Shown: piece after piece, positions 20,195 to 31,200 of the stretch
Position numbering within the stretch: position 1 is the first letter of the stretch
How the letters are laid out: the number at the start of each line of letters is the position of its first letter
Virus record (IMG/VR): IMGVR_UViG_3300025466_000012
Location: 1-64,000 of that record
Reading direction: 5' to 3' (one strand)
DNA length: 64,000 nt
Origin: a virus
Translations under genes and position numbers: made by a program
Notes under the pieces: model-generated
Told to the model about the DNA's origin: nothing
Database searches by the model: none
What the model saw: the letters and a program-made list of their open reading frames with translations, nothing else

Positions 20195-20619
20195 ATCTGT
20201 GATTCGATCAGCTGTATTTTGTCTTGCACAGTGTCAAAATTCACAGTGCTCCACAAGCCCGGATGCAACGGTTTGGGCCAACGCCCGCTGTCGATCCAGG
20301 CCCAGCCCACGTGCTCGTCGTTGAGTACAGGTGTAAATTCTTCTGCGACGCTACAAAAAAATGTATGATAAGCAAACGTCAGATCGGCTGTGGTGAATTT
20401 TTCTAACGGGACCAATTTGAGATATTGGGGCATGCAACCTAGTTCTTCGCGGCATTCACGCTCGATAGTTTCAATCAAGGTTTCACCAGATTCGCAACGC
20501 CCCCCTGGCAGGCCCCAGGTATCCGGATGTTTGGTATCGTTCCTCATCAGATAAAGATAGCGTCTGGTGGCTATGCTGTAAAACCATATGCCTACAGCAG
20601 TTACAATACCAGAGTCCAT
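20179..20619 (-). CDS. Nudix hydrolase (start reassigned to ATG 20619)
   Basis: Nudix box-like WGLPGGRCESGETLIETIERECREELG. Confidence 0.85.
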   Translation of the reverse strand: MDSGIVTAVGIWFYSIATRRYLYLMRNDTKHPDTWGLPGGRCESGETLIETIERECREELGCMPQYLKLVPLEKFTTADLTFAYHTFFCSVAEEFTPVLNDEHVGWAWIDSGRWPKPLHPGLWSTVNFDTVQDKIQLIESQIQMSQ

Positions 20620-22007
20620 AGGCCTCCCTTGTACAAGCCCTGGTAGCTCTTGACCCAGGCTTGGCCAGTCCATCTATATTGCAGTTCTGTGGTAATGTTG
20701 GTCACATATTGATAGTTTTCGGGACTGCTGGCGCTGTCAAAAGAAATGGTCCACCTGGCTCCGTCCCATTCAATAATGTCGTTGGCTTGGGCCACCATGG
20801 GTGCCCCTGAGGTACCGGACCATGCGGCGGCATGTTGATTGTATGGATCATCCCAGTCACCACTGCTCTCGGTCAGTAGATAGCGAGTTCCTATCGCAGG
20901 TTCGGGCAATCCAGTTCCGGGCCCGCTCAACAGCGGATTGATCACAGCATCGATCGCAGTCAGGGTATCAGCTGGTACAGTATCGATATTGGTACTGTAC
21001 AGCAGATATCGATCATCGGTTGGGTCGTAGGTCACAGTACCAATCACTTCGGTTCCGTCGGGCTGTTCTAGACTGATGTAGCTGATTCCGGGCCGCAGAG
21101 TACCGTATAGTCCAATCACGGCCGACCAAGTCAGATTGGTATCAGGATTATCGGGCGCTGTCAGGCTGGCATTGCTCTGATCAACCACAACAGGTTCGGG
21201 CAATACCTGTAACTGATTGTTGATCAGTACCACTTGATAGTTGTAAGGTGTTATGGCCATTCTGGTACCCAGCAATAGGTCATTGTCGGTCACTGCCAGA
21301 CTGGCATCGCCGTTGGCATCATAGATACTGGCTATTATTCTTTCAACCACACCCAGTTTCTTGACCTTGGCTGGACTGGAGATCCACATGGGTAGTTTGA
21401 AAGTCAGAGTAGCTATGTCTATGGGGTTGTCGGTACCAACTGGTATCACACGACTACTCCAGTTCACATCATCTAGATAAACTGTGGTAAGACTGGTCCA
21501 ATCTATATAGTTGTCGGTGCTTTGTATTTCCAGACTGGGATTAAACAATACCAAGATCTGTTCCAGCAGTTGCATTTTTTGATTGGTGTTTGACGTCCAC
21601 ATGTCCAATTTCAATGTCAGTTCAAACGGAACTGGCATGAGTCTGTCTATAGTAAACGCATTACCTTGTGTGGTATCATAGGTGTTGGTCACACTATCAT
21701 AGGTGCGTTGTCGTACATTGATGGTGCCAACAAAATTGGGTTCTTGTATCATGGCCCTGTTGTATTTGAGATCGGTTATGTAAAACGTCATCAACGGCGT
21801 GCTGGGCAGTTCACTGGCTGAATTTTGCTGTATGATGGTTTGTGCCTGGCGGCTGCTGTCACCATAGCGTACTGGCACACGCACTAGAGTATCATTTTTT
21901 CCGTCCTCGTTGCGTCCGTATTCAACCTGGAAATTGCTAAAGATCCTGGCGAACTGCAACATGAATCGTCTGATCTGCGCATCATAAAAAAACTGTGTTA
22001 CGGCCAT
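20601..22007 (-). CDS. gp15: Tail sheath stabiliser/terminator (gp15-like)
   Basis: FFYDAQIRRFMLQF, VPVRYG, MPVPFELTLKL, QLLEQILVLFNP motifs. Confidence 0.75.
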   Translation of the reverse strand: MAVTQFFYDAQIRRFMLQFARIFSNFQVEYGRNEDGKNDTLVRVPVRYGDSSRQAQTIIQQNSASELPSTPLMTFYITDLKYNRAMIQEPNFVGTINVRQRTYDSVTNTYDTTQGNAFTIDRLMPVPFELTLKLDMWTSNTNQKMQLLEQILVLFNPSLEIQSTDNYIDWTSLTTVYLDDVNWSSRVIPVGTDNPIDIATLTFKLPMWISSPAKVKKLGVVERIIASIYDANGDASLAVTDNDLLLGTRMAITPYNYQVVLINNQLQVLPEPVVVDQSNASLTAPDNPDTNLTWSAVIGLYGTLRPGISYISLEQPDGTEVIGTVTYDPTDDRYLLYSTNIDTVPADTLTAIDAVINPLLSGPGTGLPEPAIGTRYLLTESSGDWDDPYNQHAAAWSGTSGAPMVAQANDIIEWDGARWTISFDSASSPENYQYVTNITTELQYRWTGQAWVKSYQGLYKGGLWTLVL

Positions 22008-22014
22008 GATATTC

Positions 22015-23403
22015 CTAGTATGAAGGTGGTGGGTTGGGCGGCAAATTACCTCCCTGATCACCATTGTCGGCCAAGGGCCGCAAGATCTGGCTGAGACTTT
22101 GACGACTTGGTATATTGCCCAGATCTGTGGTTGGTACAGTGTATGTATTGTTCACAAAGCTGTTGCGTTGAGTTTGTGCAGCCGGAGCCAGGTCAAGATC
22201 GGTCCTGACAGCACTTTCTATGGCAACCCATCGGGCACCATCATAGCGGAACAGTCGATTGGGAAAATAGTCCAGTCTGAGCGCATAGGCACCAATCACT
22301 GGGTCGGGCGGAAAACTCACACCCGGGGTCACCGGAAGACCGTTGGGTGGCAACAGATAACCGGTATCAGGATCGTATCCGCCGGTCAAATAGCCCATGG
22401 TATAACCAAAACTGCCAGGAGTTTCGCCTATGCCGGTCTGTGTGGTACCAGCACCAGTGTTGTCATCGGATGCCAGCAAGCTGTCTCCGCCGGGCTGGCC
22501 ATGCATTGTGGTTGGCAGTATATAAAATTTGGTGTTGTCGTATCCGCTGAATGGCACATCTGCTTGTGCCTGTGCCAACAATGCATCATTGATTGAAAGA
22601 TCTTTGGGACGGGTACTCATCTGATCAGCCACTGTGGTGGGGTTGGTGATGGGTGTCCAGTACGGTTGTCTAGTACCGGGATTTACAGCATCGATCGCTG
22701 TGCCGGGCGGTACATTGCCCGCAGCTCGATAGTAACTGTCACCATCATTCACGATATCGCCTCCGGGATAAAAGTTTCCAGGATCCCAGATATTATCGGG
22801 CATAAATGGCTTGTTGGTGATCTGATTAAATTCCTGTGCATTGACCATGGGGGTGGCCTTGACTCGCCACAGATGTGGTAACCAGGTCTGGCTGAATCCT
22901 TCGCTGGCATAGGCCGCGTCTTGTATCACATAATATCTGGGTAACGGAAGCGGTATGGTAGGATCCAACGGATAGTAATCTTTGAGATTGGGCAGTTCTA
23001 ACACATCGCCCGACATCAGTTTACGACCAAAAGCATCCAGCATGTAGTTGTAATGAAACGTGATAAACAAAGTATCATTGTTCATGAACAGGCCAAATTG
23101 CGTGAGATCAAAATCAATATCCTGTTGTCGGTACACACCGCGCATGACATAAACATCGGGCTCATAGGCTCGATCTCGGTTTTCCAACAACAGTAGATCT
23201 TCTATGAACAAGGGATTGGTAGTATCGTAGACCGGTAAAGTGGCATCGTTGTTGCCAGGATTTGGGCTGTTGTCCACGATGGGACCGGCATATTTGTGTA
23301 TATAAATGTCCAGACCACCCACTGTGAACTGTTCCTTGATTGTGCGATCAAAGAACTGATAATCGGCCGTCCGGTTCGGCCTGTACATGGATAATCTTGG
23401 CAT
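22015..23403 (-). CDS. gp14: Neck/head-closure protein (gp14-like)
   Basis: LLLENRDRAY, LTQFGLF, GRKLMSGDVLELP; late box TAAATA on the minus strand at 23411-23416. Confidence 0.65.
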   Translation of the reverse strand: MPRLSMYRPNRTADYQFFDRTIKEQFTVGGLDIYIHKYAGPIVDNSPNPGNNDATLPVYDTTNPLFIEDLLLLENRDRAYEPDVYVMRGVYRQQDIDFDLTQFGLFMNNDTLFITFHYNYMLDAFGRKLMSGDVLELPNLKDYYPLDPTIPLPLPRYYVIQDAAYASEGFSQTWLPHLWRVKATPMVNAQEFNQITNKPFMPDNIWDPGNFYPGGDIVNDGDSYYRAAGNVPPGTAIDAVNPGTRQPYWTPITNPTTVADQMSTRPKDLSINDALLAQAQADVPFSGYDNTKFYILPTTMHGQPGGDSLLASDDNTGAGTTQTGIGETPGSFGYTMGYLTGGYDPDTGYLLPPNGLPVTPGVSFPPDPVIGAYALRLDYFPNRLFRYDGARWVAIESAVRTDLDLAPAAQTQRNSFVNNTYTVPTTDLGNIPSRQSLSQILRPLADNGDQGGNLPPNPPPSY

Positions 23404-23425
23404 AGTAGTGTATTTACCGCGTTGT

Positions 23426-23455
23426 TTGACCAAAAACACCGATCAGTCATAAAAT
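23426..23455 (+). promoter_or_regulatory. Sigma70-like promoter TTGACC-N18-TAAAAT
   Basis: Consensus match; ATG follows 5 nt after the -10 box. Confidence 0.55.
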
Positions 23456-23460
23456 AATGT

Positions 23461-23718
23461 ATGGACAATCAATTGACACAACGCAAAGAACAACTCACAC
23501 AGCAGATTCTGCGTGTGTCCAATCGCCGCGCTCGTAACGATCTGCTCAAAATGATGAAACCGGTTGAATCAGCTCTTTCAAATCTAGATCGCGAAAGTGT
23601 GGAATGCCGTCGCCTAAATCGTACCACTTCCCGATACCAAGACCTGGACCTGGCAGCCAAACACATGATCAACACACTCGAACAGTACCTGACTTTTGCG
23701 TGCCTGATAGGTGATTGA
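23461..23718 (+). CDS. Hypothetical protein
   Basis: 85-aa ORF directly behind a promoter. Confidence 0.65.
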   Translation: MDNQLTQRKEQLTQQILRVSNRRARNDLLKMMKPVESALSNLDRESVECRRLNRTTSRYQDLDLAAKHMINTLEQYLTFACLIGD

Positions 23719-23743
23719 CTATAAATCACAATCCAGGTATAAT
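23715..23743 (+). promoter_or_regulatory. Sigma70-like promoter TTGACT-N17-TATAAT
   Basis: Near-perfect consensus with 17-nt spacer. Confidence 0.75.
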
Positions 23744-23772
23744 AACAACTGCTCTCTATAAAAAAATACATT

Positions 23773-24930
23773 ATGGTCAAAATTCAAAAATCTCATGACA
23801 CGCAGACAATCAAGCCGTTGAATCCCAAAAGTGCCGACGTCAAATATACCGGTGGCGAGCCCACCTGGACGCAAACTCGGACCGATGGCGACCGAATCAG
23901 TGCTATGCTGAAAGCATTTGCCTGGTACAACTACCACTACGACAAAAAAGATGCCAAAGGCATGATAGTGTCTTGGCTGGAACGTAGAGACCGATCTGTC
24001 GAAGCCAAGACACTGTCGGGTATTCCAGACAGTCGCATACGATCAACCACGGCCTGGGTATGCAGGATGAACGTGGCCGGACTGGAATTGACCAAACCCG
24101 AACTGGCCGTGATAGAATCCGAAATAGCCGGCATGTTGCGGGTCAAACAGGAAGTGATACGCACCGTGACCGAAGCTGAAACAGCTCAGGCACGTCTGAC
24201 CATACAGGATCACTTGCGTGAACGAGCCAGTGAATGTGCCGGTGAACTGGAGGGCATGTTTGATGAATTTGTCACGCAGGGGGCAAAAATGAGTGCTGAC
24301 TTCAAACCCATGGCACAGATACGTGGCATGAATATAGCACCGCAAATGACCGGTGCCATAGCCAATCGCTGGCGAGATCGCCTGAGTGAATTCCAATCAG
24401 TGCTGGAAGGTCGAGATGGTGACCTGGTAGAAGGTTATAGCCATCTGACCAAACTACAACTCAAAAACTGTGTGAAATTTTGCGAAACTGTGATCAACGA
24501 CTGCGCCAGCTATGTACAAATCAAGAAAGTTGAACGCAAACCCAGAGCCAAACGAGCTGTCAGTGCAGAAAAACTCAGTTCAAAGTTTAAATATCTCAAA
24601 GAGTTTGCCGAACTCAATTTGACATCGGCCGCACCATCTTGTTTGGTCAACGCCACTGAAGCTTGGTTGTACGATACCAAGAAACGCAAACTGATACATG
24701 TGGTGGCTGACAGCCATGTGGGCAACTTCACAGTCAAAGGCAACAGTTTGGTGGCATTTGATTCGGCCAACAGTTCTCAAAAAACCCTAAGACGCCCGGC
24801 CGAGCAAATCAAAAGCATCGTGAGTGTGGGCAAACCGGCTGCTCGCAAAGCCTATAACGAGATCAAGAGTACCGAGATACAGTTTAATGGACGTGGCAAC
24901 GAGAATCTGATCATACTCAAAGCCTGGTAG
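23773..24930 (+). CDS. Hypothetical basic protein, function unknown
   Basis: 385-aa Lys/Arg-rich ORF behind a strong promoter. Confidence 0.7.
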   Translation: MVKIQKSHDTQTIKPLNPKSADVKYTGGEPTWTQTRTDGDRISAMLKAFAWYNYHYDKKDAKGMIVSWLERRDRSVEAKTLSGIPDSRIRSTTAWVCRMNVAGLELTKPELAVIESEIAGMLRVKQEVIRTVTEAETAQARLTIQDHLRERASECAGELEGMFDEFVTQGAKMSADFKPMAQIRGMNIAPQMTGAIANRWRDRLSEFQSVLEGRDGDLVEGYSHLTKLQLKNCVKFCETVINDCASYVQIKKVERKPRAKRAVSAEKLSSKFKYLKEFAELNLTSAAPSCLVNATEAWLYDTKKRKLIHVVADSHVGNFTVKGNSLVAFDSANSSQKTLRRPAEQIKSIVSVGKPAARKAYNEIKSTEIQFNGRGNENLIILKAW

Positions 24931-24965
24931 CAGGCCATTGGCTGTATAAATATACTCATAGGAGC

Positions 24966-25745
24966 ATGATCATGGGCATACAGTCACAAAGCACACTAGA
25001 AACACAAAAACAAGACTTATTCAAATATGTGCAGTACCAGCTGGGTGGACAGATCATAGACCTCGAGCTGGATGCCGAACACTTTGAAGCAGCCTATCAG
25101 AACACAGTGGGAACCTATCGCCAGAGATCGCAAGGCGCCTACGAGGAAAGTTACAGTTTCATGGAACTGGTGGCCAACGTCAACATCTACGAACTGCCAC
25201 AAGAAGTATACAGCGTGCGACAGATCTTCCGACGCACATTTGGTGACAGTACTGGACCATTTGCCAGCAATTTTGATCCGTTCAGTCAGGCCAGTCTCAA
25301 TGTGTACCTTATGAATTTCAACGTGGCTGGCGGACTGGCCACATACGATTTTTACAGCCAGTATGTGAGCTTGGCCGGGCGCATGTTTGGTGCCTACATG
25401 AACTACACGTTCAACCCAGTTACCAAAAAATTACAGCTGATACGTGATCCCAAAGCCACTGGCGAATCGGTGCTGTTATGGTGCTACAACTACAAGCCTG
25501 AATTCAACATGATGAGTGATCCGCTCATACTACAGTGGATGAGGAACTACATGGTGGGCAACTGCAAGAAAATAATCGGTGAAGCCAGAGAAAAGTTTGG
25601 TACCATAGCAGGTCCACAAGGTGGTGGTACCCTCAACGGTACTGCCATGAAAACCGAAGGACAGGCTGCCATGGACCAATGTGTTGAAGATCTTAAAAAT
25701 TACGTGGATGGAGCCCAGCCAATCACCTGGGTGGTACACGGCTAG
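24966..25745 (+). CDS. gp13: Neck/head-adaptor protein (gp13-like)
   Basis: TATAAATA at 24945; YQLGGQIIDLELD, KKIIGEAREKF, GGGTLNG motifs. Confidence 0.8.
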   Translation: MIMGIQSQSTLETQKQDLFKYVQYQLGGQIIDLELDAEHFEAAYQNTVGTYRQRSQGAYEESYSFMELVANVNIYELPQEVYSVRQIFRRTFGDSTGPFASNFDPFSQASLNVYLMNFNVAGGLATYDFYSQYVSLAGRMFGAYMNYTFNPVTKKLQLIRDPKATGESVLLWCYNYKPEFNMMSDPLILQWMRNYMVGNCKKIIGEAREKFGTIAGPQGGGTLNGTAMKTEGQAAMDQCVEDLKNYVDGAQPITWVVHG

Positions 25746-25828
25746 CAATCTTTGTGCCATCGTATAAAGTTTGTTAGAGTCGGTGGATATTCCCGTATCG
25801 CAATCGACACTCTTGTTTACCATAACGG

Positions 25829-25857
25829 TTGATATTTTTTAAATGTTAGCATATAAT
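25829..25857 (+). promoter_or_regulatory. Sigma70-like promoter TTGATA-N17-TATAAT
   Basis: Consensus; ATG 25864 is 6 nt downstream. Confidence 0.75.
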
Positions 25858-25863
25858 GTCAAT

Positions 25864-26388
25864 ATGAGCTCATTAATGATTGACATCGAAACCATTGGGG
25901 TGGCACCTGCTGCTACTATTTTAACTATAGCTGCCCAATCATTTGACCCTTTAGGTACTGGATACTATGAACAACATTACTATGCTAGGATTTCATTAGA
26001 AAGTCAGGAAAATCGAACCATTGATGATAGTACTTTAAATTGGTGGGCGACACAACCTGCTGAGGCACGAAATGAAGCATTTTCTGAAGAAGATCGTATT
26101 CCGTTAGATCAGGCACTAGATGAATTAGGCAAACTAATTTGGACCAGTAAATTTTTGTATTGTCAAGGCCCAACATTTGATTGCACAATTCTAGAACATG
26201 CCTATAAAAGTTATGGCAAGCCCATACCGTGGCAGTTCTACAATGTGCGTGACAGCAGGACGGTGTTTGGACTATGGCCTGAACTACCCAAGCCTGCTAC
26301 CACACACCATGCCTTGGAAGATTGTAGACGGCAGATTGAATTATTACAAAAAACATTACGACACCTAAATGTAAAGGCATTGACATGA
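25864..26388 (+). CDS. dexA: DEDDh 3'-5' exonuclease (T4 DexA/Rv2179c-like)
   Basis: LMIDIET, GPTFD, RDSRT and HHALED motifs. Confidence 0.8.
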   Translation: MSSLMIDIETIGVAPAATILTIAAQSFDPLGTGYYEQHYYARISLESQENRTIDDSTLNWWATQPAEARNEAFSEEDRIPLDQALDELGKLIWTSKFLYCQGPTFDCTILEHAYKSYGKPIPWQFYNVRDSRTVFGLWPELPKPATTHHALEDCRRQIELLQKTLRHLNVKALT

Positions 26389-26422
26389 TTATCTTTTCCT
26401 GTTCGTATTGATAAATAGTTGT

Positions 26423-27175
26423 ATGTTCATTAAAAACAAGTATACACAATGTTATCAAAAAATTATTAATCAATCACAAAATCGTCAGTTAATAGACGAA
26501 TACACCGAACGTCATCATATTATTCCTAAAAGCATGGGCGGTGATGATAATATACATAATATAGCAACGCTTACAGCGAGAGAACATTTTATTTGCCATT
26601 TATTGCTAACAAAAATGGTTAGCGGTCAAGAAAAATATAAGATGGTAAAAGCGGCATTAATGATGGCCCATATAACAGGACCCGGTCAAGAAAGATACAA
26701 AGTCACTGGTCGGGTGTACGAGTTGCTAAAGTCGTCTCAGCCGCCTGTGCCGCAATCTACAAGAAATAAAAATAGTAAATCTCAAAAAGAAAGATTTAAA
26801 AATATACCAGGCACATTCAAGAATAAAAAACACAACGAAGAAACATTAAAAAAATTACGAAAACCTAAATCAGAAGAACAAAAATTAAATCATTCGCGTA
26901 CTATGACAGGCAGATTTAAGGGTCGTATTCCACACAACAAAGGCAAAACATACGAAGAATTGTACGGCAATAAAAGAGCCACAGAATTAAAGGAAAAAGT
27001 AAAACGTCCAGGTGAAAAAAACGGATTCTATGGTAAACAACATTCGGCTATACAACGAGAGAGAAAAAGACAAGAAAAACTTGCGGCTCCTAAGAAAATG
27101 TGTTATTATTGTAATACAGAAGTAGATCCAATGAATTATGGGAGATGGCACGGTGATAAATGTAAACACAAATAA
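26423..27175 (+). mobile_element. Free-standing HNH homing endonuclease with NUMOD3-like repeats
   Basis: ERHHIIPKSMGG.D...N...LTAREHFICH; PHNKGK and NGFYGKQH; AT-rich; ATAAATA at 26411. Confidence 0.85.
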
Positions 27176-27836
27176 AAACCCTCTAATAATAGGCCTGGTT
27201 GGGTTCCAAGGCTCGGGCAAAGACACCATAGCCGACTACCTGGTGAACATACACGAGTTTAGACGTGAAAGTTTTGCCAATACTCTAAAAGATTCTGTGG
27301 CCGCTGTGTTTGGCTGGGATCGCAACATGCTGGAAGGACGCACCAAGCAGAGCCGAGAGTGGCGCGAACAACCAGATGCATGGTGGAGCGAACGATTGGG
27401 CATGTCGATCACGCCCAGATGGGTTCTGCAATACTGGGGAACCGAAGTATGCAGGAAAAACTTCCACGATGATATCTGGATCGCCAGCCTGGAAAACAAA
27501 CTGCGTACCAGCAGTGACAGCATAGTGATATCAGATTGCCGTTTCCCCAACGAGATACTCAGCATCAAGAGGGCCGGTGGCCGGATTGTGCGGGTAGTTC
27601 GCGGGCCAGAACCAGAATGGTATCGGTTCGCAGAGATGGTCAATCAAAAATCCAGCCCCACACTTGAACACAGCTGGGCCCAGGTCAAGCTGGACAAATT
27701 CAACGTACATGTGAGCGAAACTGCCTGGATTGGTACAGAGTTTGATCACATTATCACCAACAATGCCAGCTTAGACGATCTGTATCGCCAGGTCACAGGT
27801 CTGGTTCAAGATCCCCAGACCGCCACGGTAGATTAG
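27138..27836 (+). CDS. gp1: Deoxynucleoside monophosphate kinase (T4 gp1-like); start uncertain
   Basis: IIGLVGFQGSGKDT P-loop, FANTLKD, TPRWVLQYWGTE, VISDCRFPNE, HVSE. Confidence 0.85.
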   Translation: MGDGTVINVNTNKNPLIIGLVGFQGSGKDTIADYLVNIHEFRRESFANTLKDSVAAVFGWDRNMLEGRTKQSREWREQPDAWWSERLGMSITPRWVLQYWGTEVCRKNFHDDIWIASLENKLRTSSDSIVISDCRFPNEILSIKRAGGRIVRVVRGPEPEWYRFAEMVNQKSSPTLEHSWAQVKLDKFNVHVSETAWIGTEFDHIITNNASLDDLYRQVTGLVQDPQTATVD

Positions 27837-28140
27837 ATCGACTCACGTGTATCACGCAGTTCTGACAGATAGTGCGTAGATTGCGCACATGGACATTGTT
27901 CATGTCACCGTCCACGTGATACACCAGCAGTTGTGCCACATACCTGGATCTAAACCCACACAATTCGCATGTGGTTTTTTTAGTATAGCCGCCTGATTGC
28001 CATTTGGGAACAGGTGGTCGTGGTCGTAGATTCCTTTTGATACAAGGGTCGCACCGACTGCGATAGTGCGTGCATCCATCTCGGTGATAATTCACAGCAC
28101 ATAATCTTTGTTTACAGGTGTTGCACACGGGTCTGGTCAT
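27793..28140 (-). CDS. Small Zn-finger/HNH-like protein
   Basis: Several CxxC pairs; YHVDGDMNN...NLRTICQNC; minus-strand TAAATA at 28145-28150. Confidence 0.7.
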   Translation of the reverse strand: MTRPVCNTCKQRLCAVNYHRDGCTHYRSRCDPCIKRNLRPRPPVPKWQSGGYTKKTTCELCGFRSRYVAQLLVYHVDGDMNNVHVRNLRTICQNCVIHVSRSNLPWRSGDLEPDL

Positions 28141-28236
28141 GCTGTATTTAAACCAAACCTTTGCAAAGGGGCCTGTGCCGAGCATTTTTTCTCAAGACTA
28201 CATAAATATCAATACTAGAATATAAAGGATTATGAT

Positions 28237-31200
28237 ATGTCTCTACTGTCACCAGGTGTACAAGTTAGCATAATTGACCAAAGCAATTATGTCCCAGGCG
28301 CTACCAATTCGGTTCCGTTCATTTTGCTGGCCACAGCCCAGAACAAGATTTCTGGTGCCGGAGTTGGCGTAGCAGCTGGCACGTTGGCTGCCAATGCCAA
28401 CCGGACTTATCTGATGACCAGCCAACGAGATTTATTAAACACATTTGGTACTCCATTTTTCTACAGCACCACTGCTGGTGTTCCGATCAATGGCTACGAG
28501 CTCAACGAATACGGCCTACTAGCCGCCTATAGTGCCCTAGGCATCACCAATCAATGTTATGTACAACGTGTCAACATTGACTTGGCTGCACTTACAGCCA
28601 GTCTAACACGTCCGGTTGGTACCCCGCCCAATGGTACCTATTGGTTAGATACTGTAAACAGTTCCTGGGGTATTTTTGAATGGAATGTGACCACCGGAGC
28701 ATATACCAATCAGATTCCTAGTGTGATTACCAGCACTGCCAATCTTGTAAACGGAACAACTACTCCGCTGGCCAGCTACGGCAGCATTGGAAATTACACT
28801 GTGGTGGCTGGTGAGATACAAACTGCCAACATAGCAGGATCCTTGCAGAATCCCGAATACTACAAGCGTGGAGGTCCTACTGCCAGTCAGACCACTTCCA
28901 GTGCGCTCAGCTCGGTGTACAACAGCTGGGTCTTGGTCGGTAGCGATGACTGGAAGACCGCATGGCCCACAATCAGTGGCACGCAGAGTCCAGCCAATCT
29001 TGTAGCCAATACCAATATTGTTATCAACAACACCAACACTATCACTGTGCCATCCGCACCAAACAACACAGTGGCCAATGTGTCTGCGCAGATCAATGCT
29101 GCTAATATTTCAGGCGTGTATTCGGGCGTGATTGGTGGAACCATGTATCTTTATGCCGACAGTCAAGCACCAGGATTTACAGGAACTGTGTCAAGCGGCA
29201 CAGCCAATGTCACAGCTGGAACTGCTACCCTGGTATTCACCAATGGGGCCAATGTACCAACTCCATATCCAGTCGGCAGCACCATCACAGTGTCCGGAAC
29301 TGCCAATACCAACTACAATGGCACTTACAATGTGACAGCCAGTACTAATACTTCGGTCACGTTTGATTTTGCCGGTGCCAATAGGTCTACCAATGTAGGA
29401 ACAATAACCTGGCCCGACAGTGTCAGTATCTCAGGTACAGCTCTGTCTGCGCTGGGAATTGCTTCTGGATCATATTCGACTCCGCAATATTTGGCCAGCA
29501 ACAGTTATCAAAATCCAAGATGGACCAGCACCAGCGCCACACCTGCTCCTACCGGATCAGTATGGCAAAAGACCAACAACGTGAATCTTGGTACCAATCT
29601 GGTGTTAAAGCAATACAGCACCACTTTGGGAACATTTGTGGCACAGAATTGTCCAGTTTATGCCAACAATGCTACAGCCAATTACAATCTTGATCCGTCG
29701 GGCGGCGGATACGACATTGGACAAGGCTATACCTATGCCCAGGTTGATGCGTACGGCAATGGAACTGCCACGTTCATGATCTGGCAACGCCATGCAGTAG
29801 GAGCCACAAACGTGACTGGTTATTCAGCACCAGGCGATGTGTTTACCGCAGGCAATCAATTTACTATTTCCGCCACACAGGCCGGTAGTACGACTCTCAA
29901 CACAGCCACGGCCACTCTCGAAGGCACCAGTCCAGCAGATTTCATTGCTGCTGTATCGTCTGCAGGTGTACCGTATGTGAGTGCTACACTTAATAGTTCG
30001 GGACATGTAGTATTCACACACAGTCAAGGTGGAGATATACAACTGACCAGCATCTCGGGTGATCCTGTAGGTGAGGCCGGTTTTGCACTGGGCGAAAATA
30101 TCGTGGGCTTGACTGCACTAGATGTGACCACAGTTGATACCCTGGTACTCAGCAACTGGGTCAGCTATCCTACTTTCTCTTATACCTCTAGCAACACTTC
30201 TCCAGATCAGAATCCGCTAAACGGAACTTACTGGTACTACAGCGATACCACCCAGGTGGATATCATGATACAGAACAGCGGTCAATGGGTAGGATATCAA
30301 ACTGTGACCAATGACATACGTGGCTACAATCTCAGTCTGACCAATGCCGCAGGTCCGCAAATTTCAGCTACGGCTCCTACCACACAAAACAACACAGCAC
30401 AGTCACCGTTGGTTCACGGAGATCTCTGGATTGATACCAGCGACCTTGAACTGTACCCAGTGATCAATCGTTGGCAAAATGTCAATGGCCAGGATCAATG
30501 GGTGACCTTGGACAACAGCAACAGAACCACATCAAATGGCGTGCTGTTTGAAGATGCAAGATGGGCACCAAATGGAACCACAGATCCTGTGGCCGATGCC
30601 TTGCCAACCATTACCAGCCTGTTGACCAGCAACTATCTTGACCCGGATGCACCAAGTCCTAGCCTGTATCCAGATGGTATCTTGCTGTGGAATACTCGAC
30701 GTTCAGGATTCAATGTCAAGACCTTTGAATCCAACTACTTCAACAACACAGCTTACCCAGCCTATCAATGGCTCAGCACCACAGCCTACAGCATTGGCAA
30801 TTTGGTCATGTACAACGGTGTTGTGTATATCGCACTCAAGCCCAGTACCAATCAGACCCCCGGAACTACTGTGTACTGGACACCAATCACAGTGACCAAT
30901 ACTTGGAAGACCACCAGCGGCAACAGGCCCGATGGCAGCCCGTACATGGGTCGTCAGGCTCAACGTGCTATTATCGTAGCCGCACTGCGTAGTGGAATTG
31001 ATGCGAACACTACCATCAGAGAAGAACAGAATCAATTCAATCTCATAGCCTGTCCACAGTATCCAGAGCTGGCACCAAATCTAGCTGTGCTCAACGTGGA
31101 TCGAGGCCAAACTGCATTTGCTGTGGTTGATACTCCATTGCGATTGACACCAGACGAAATTGTCACTTGGTCTACCAACAACAATGGTCTAGGCCTAATC

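Noticed and set aside
26395-27192. Group I intron in the dNMP kinase gene (a U|...G junction giving MIICLVGF can be drawn)
   Set aside because: The HNH ORF fills almost the whole interval, leaving no room for a ribozyme core, and no P7 elements were recognised
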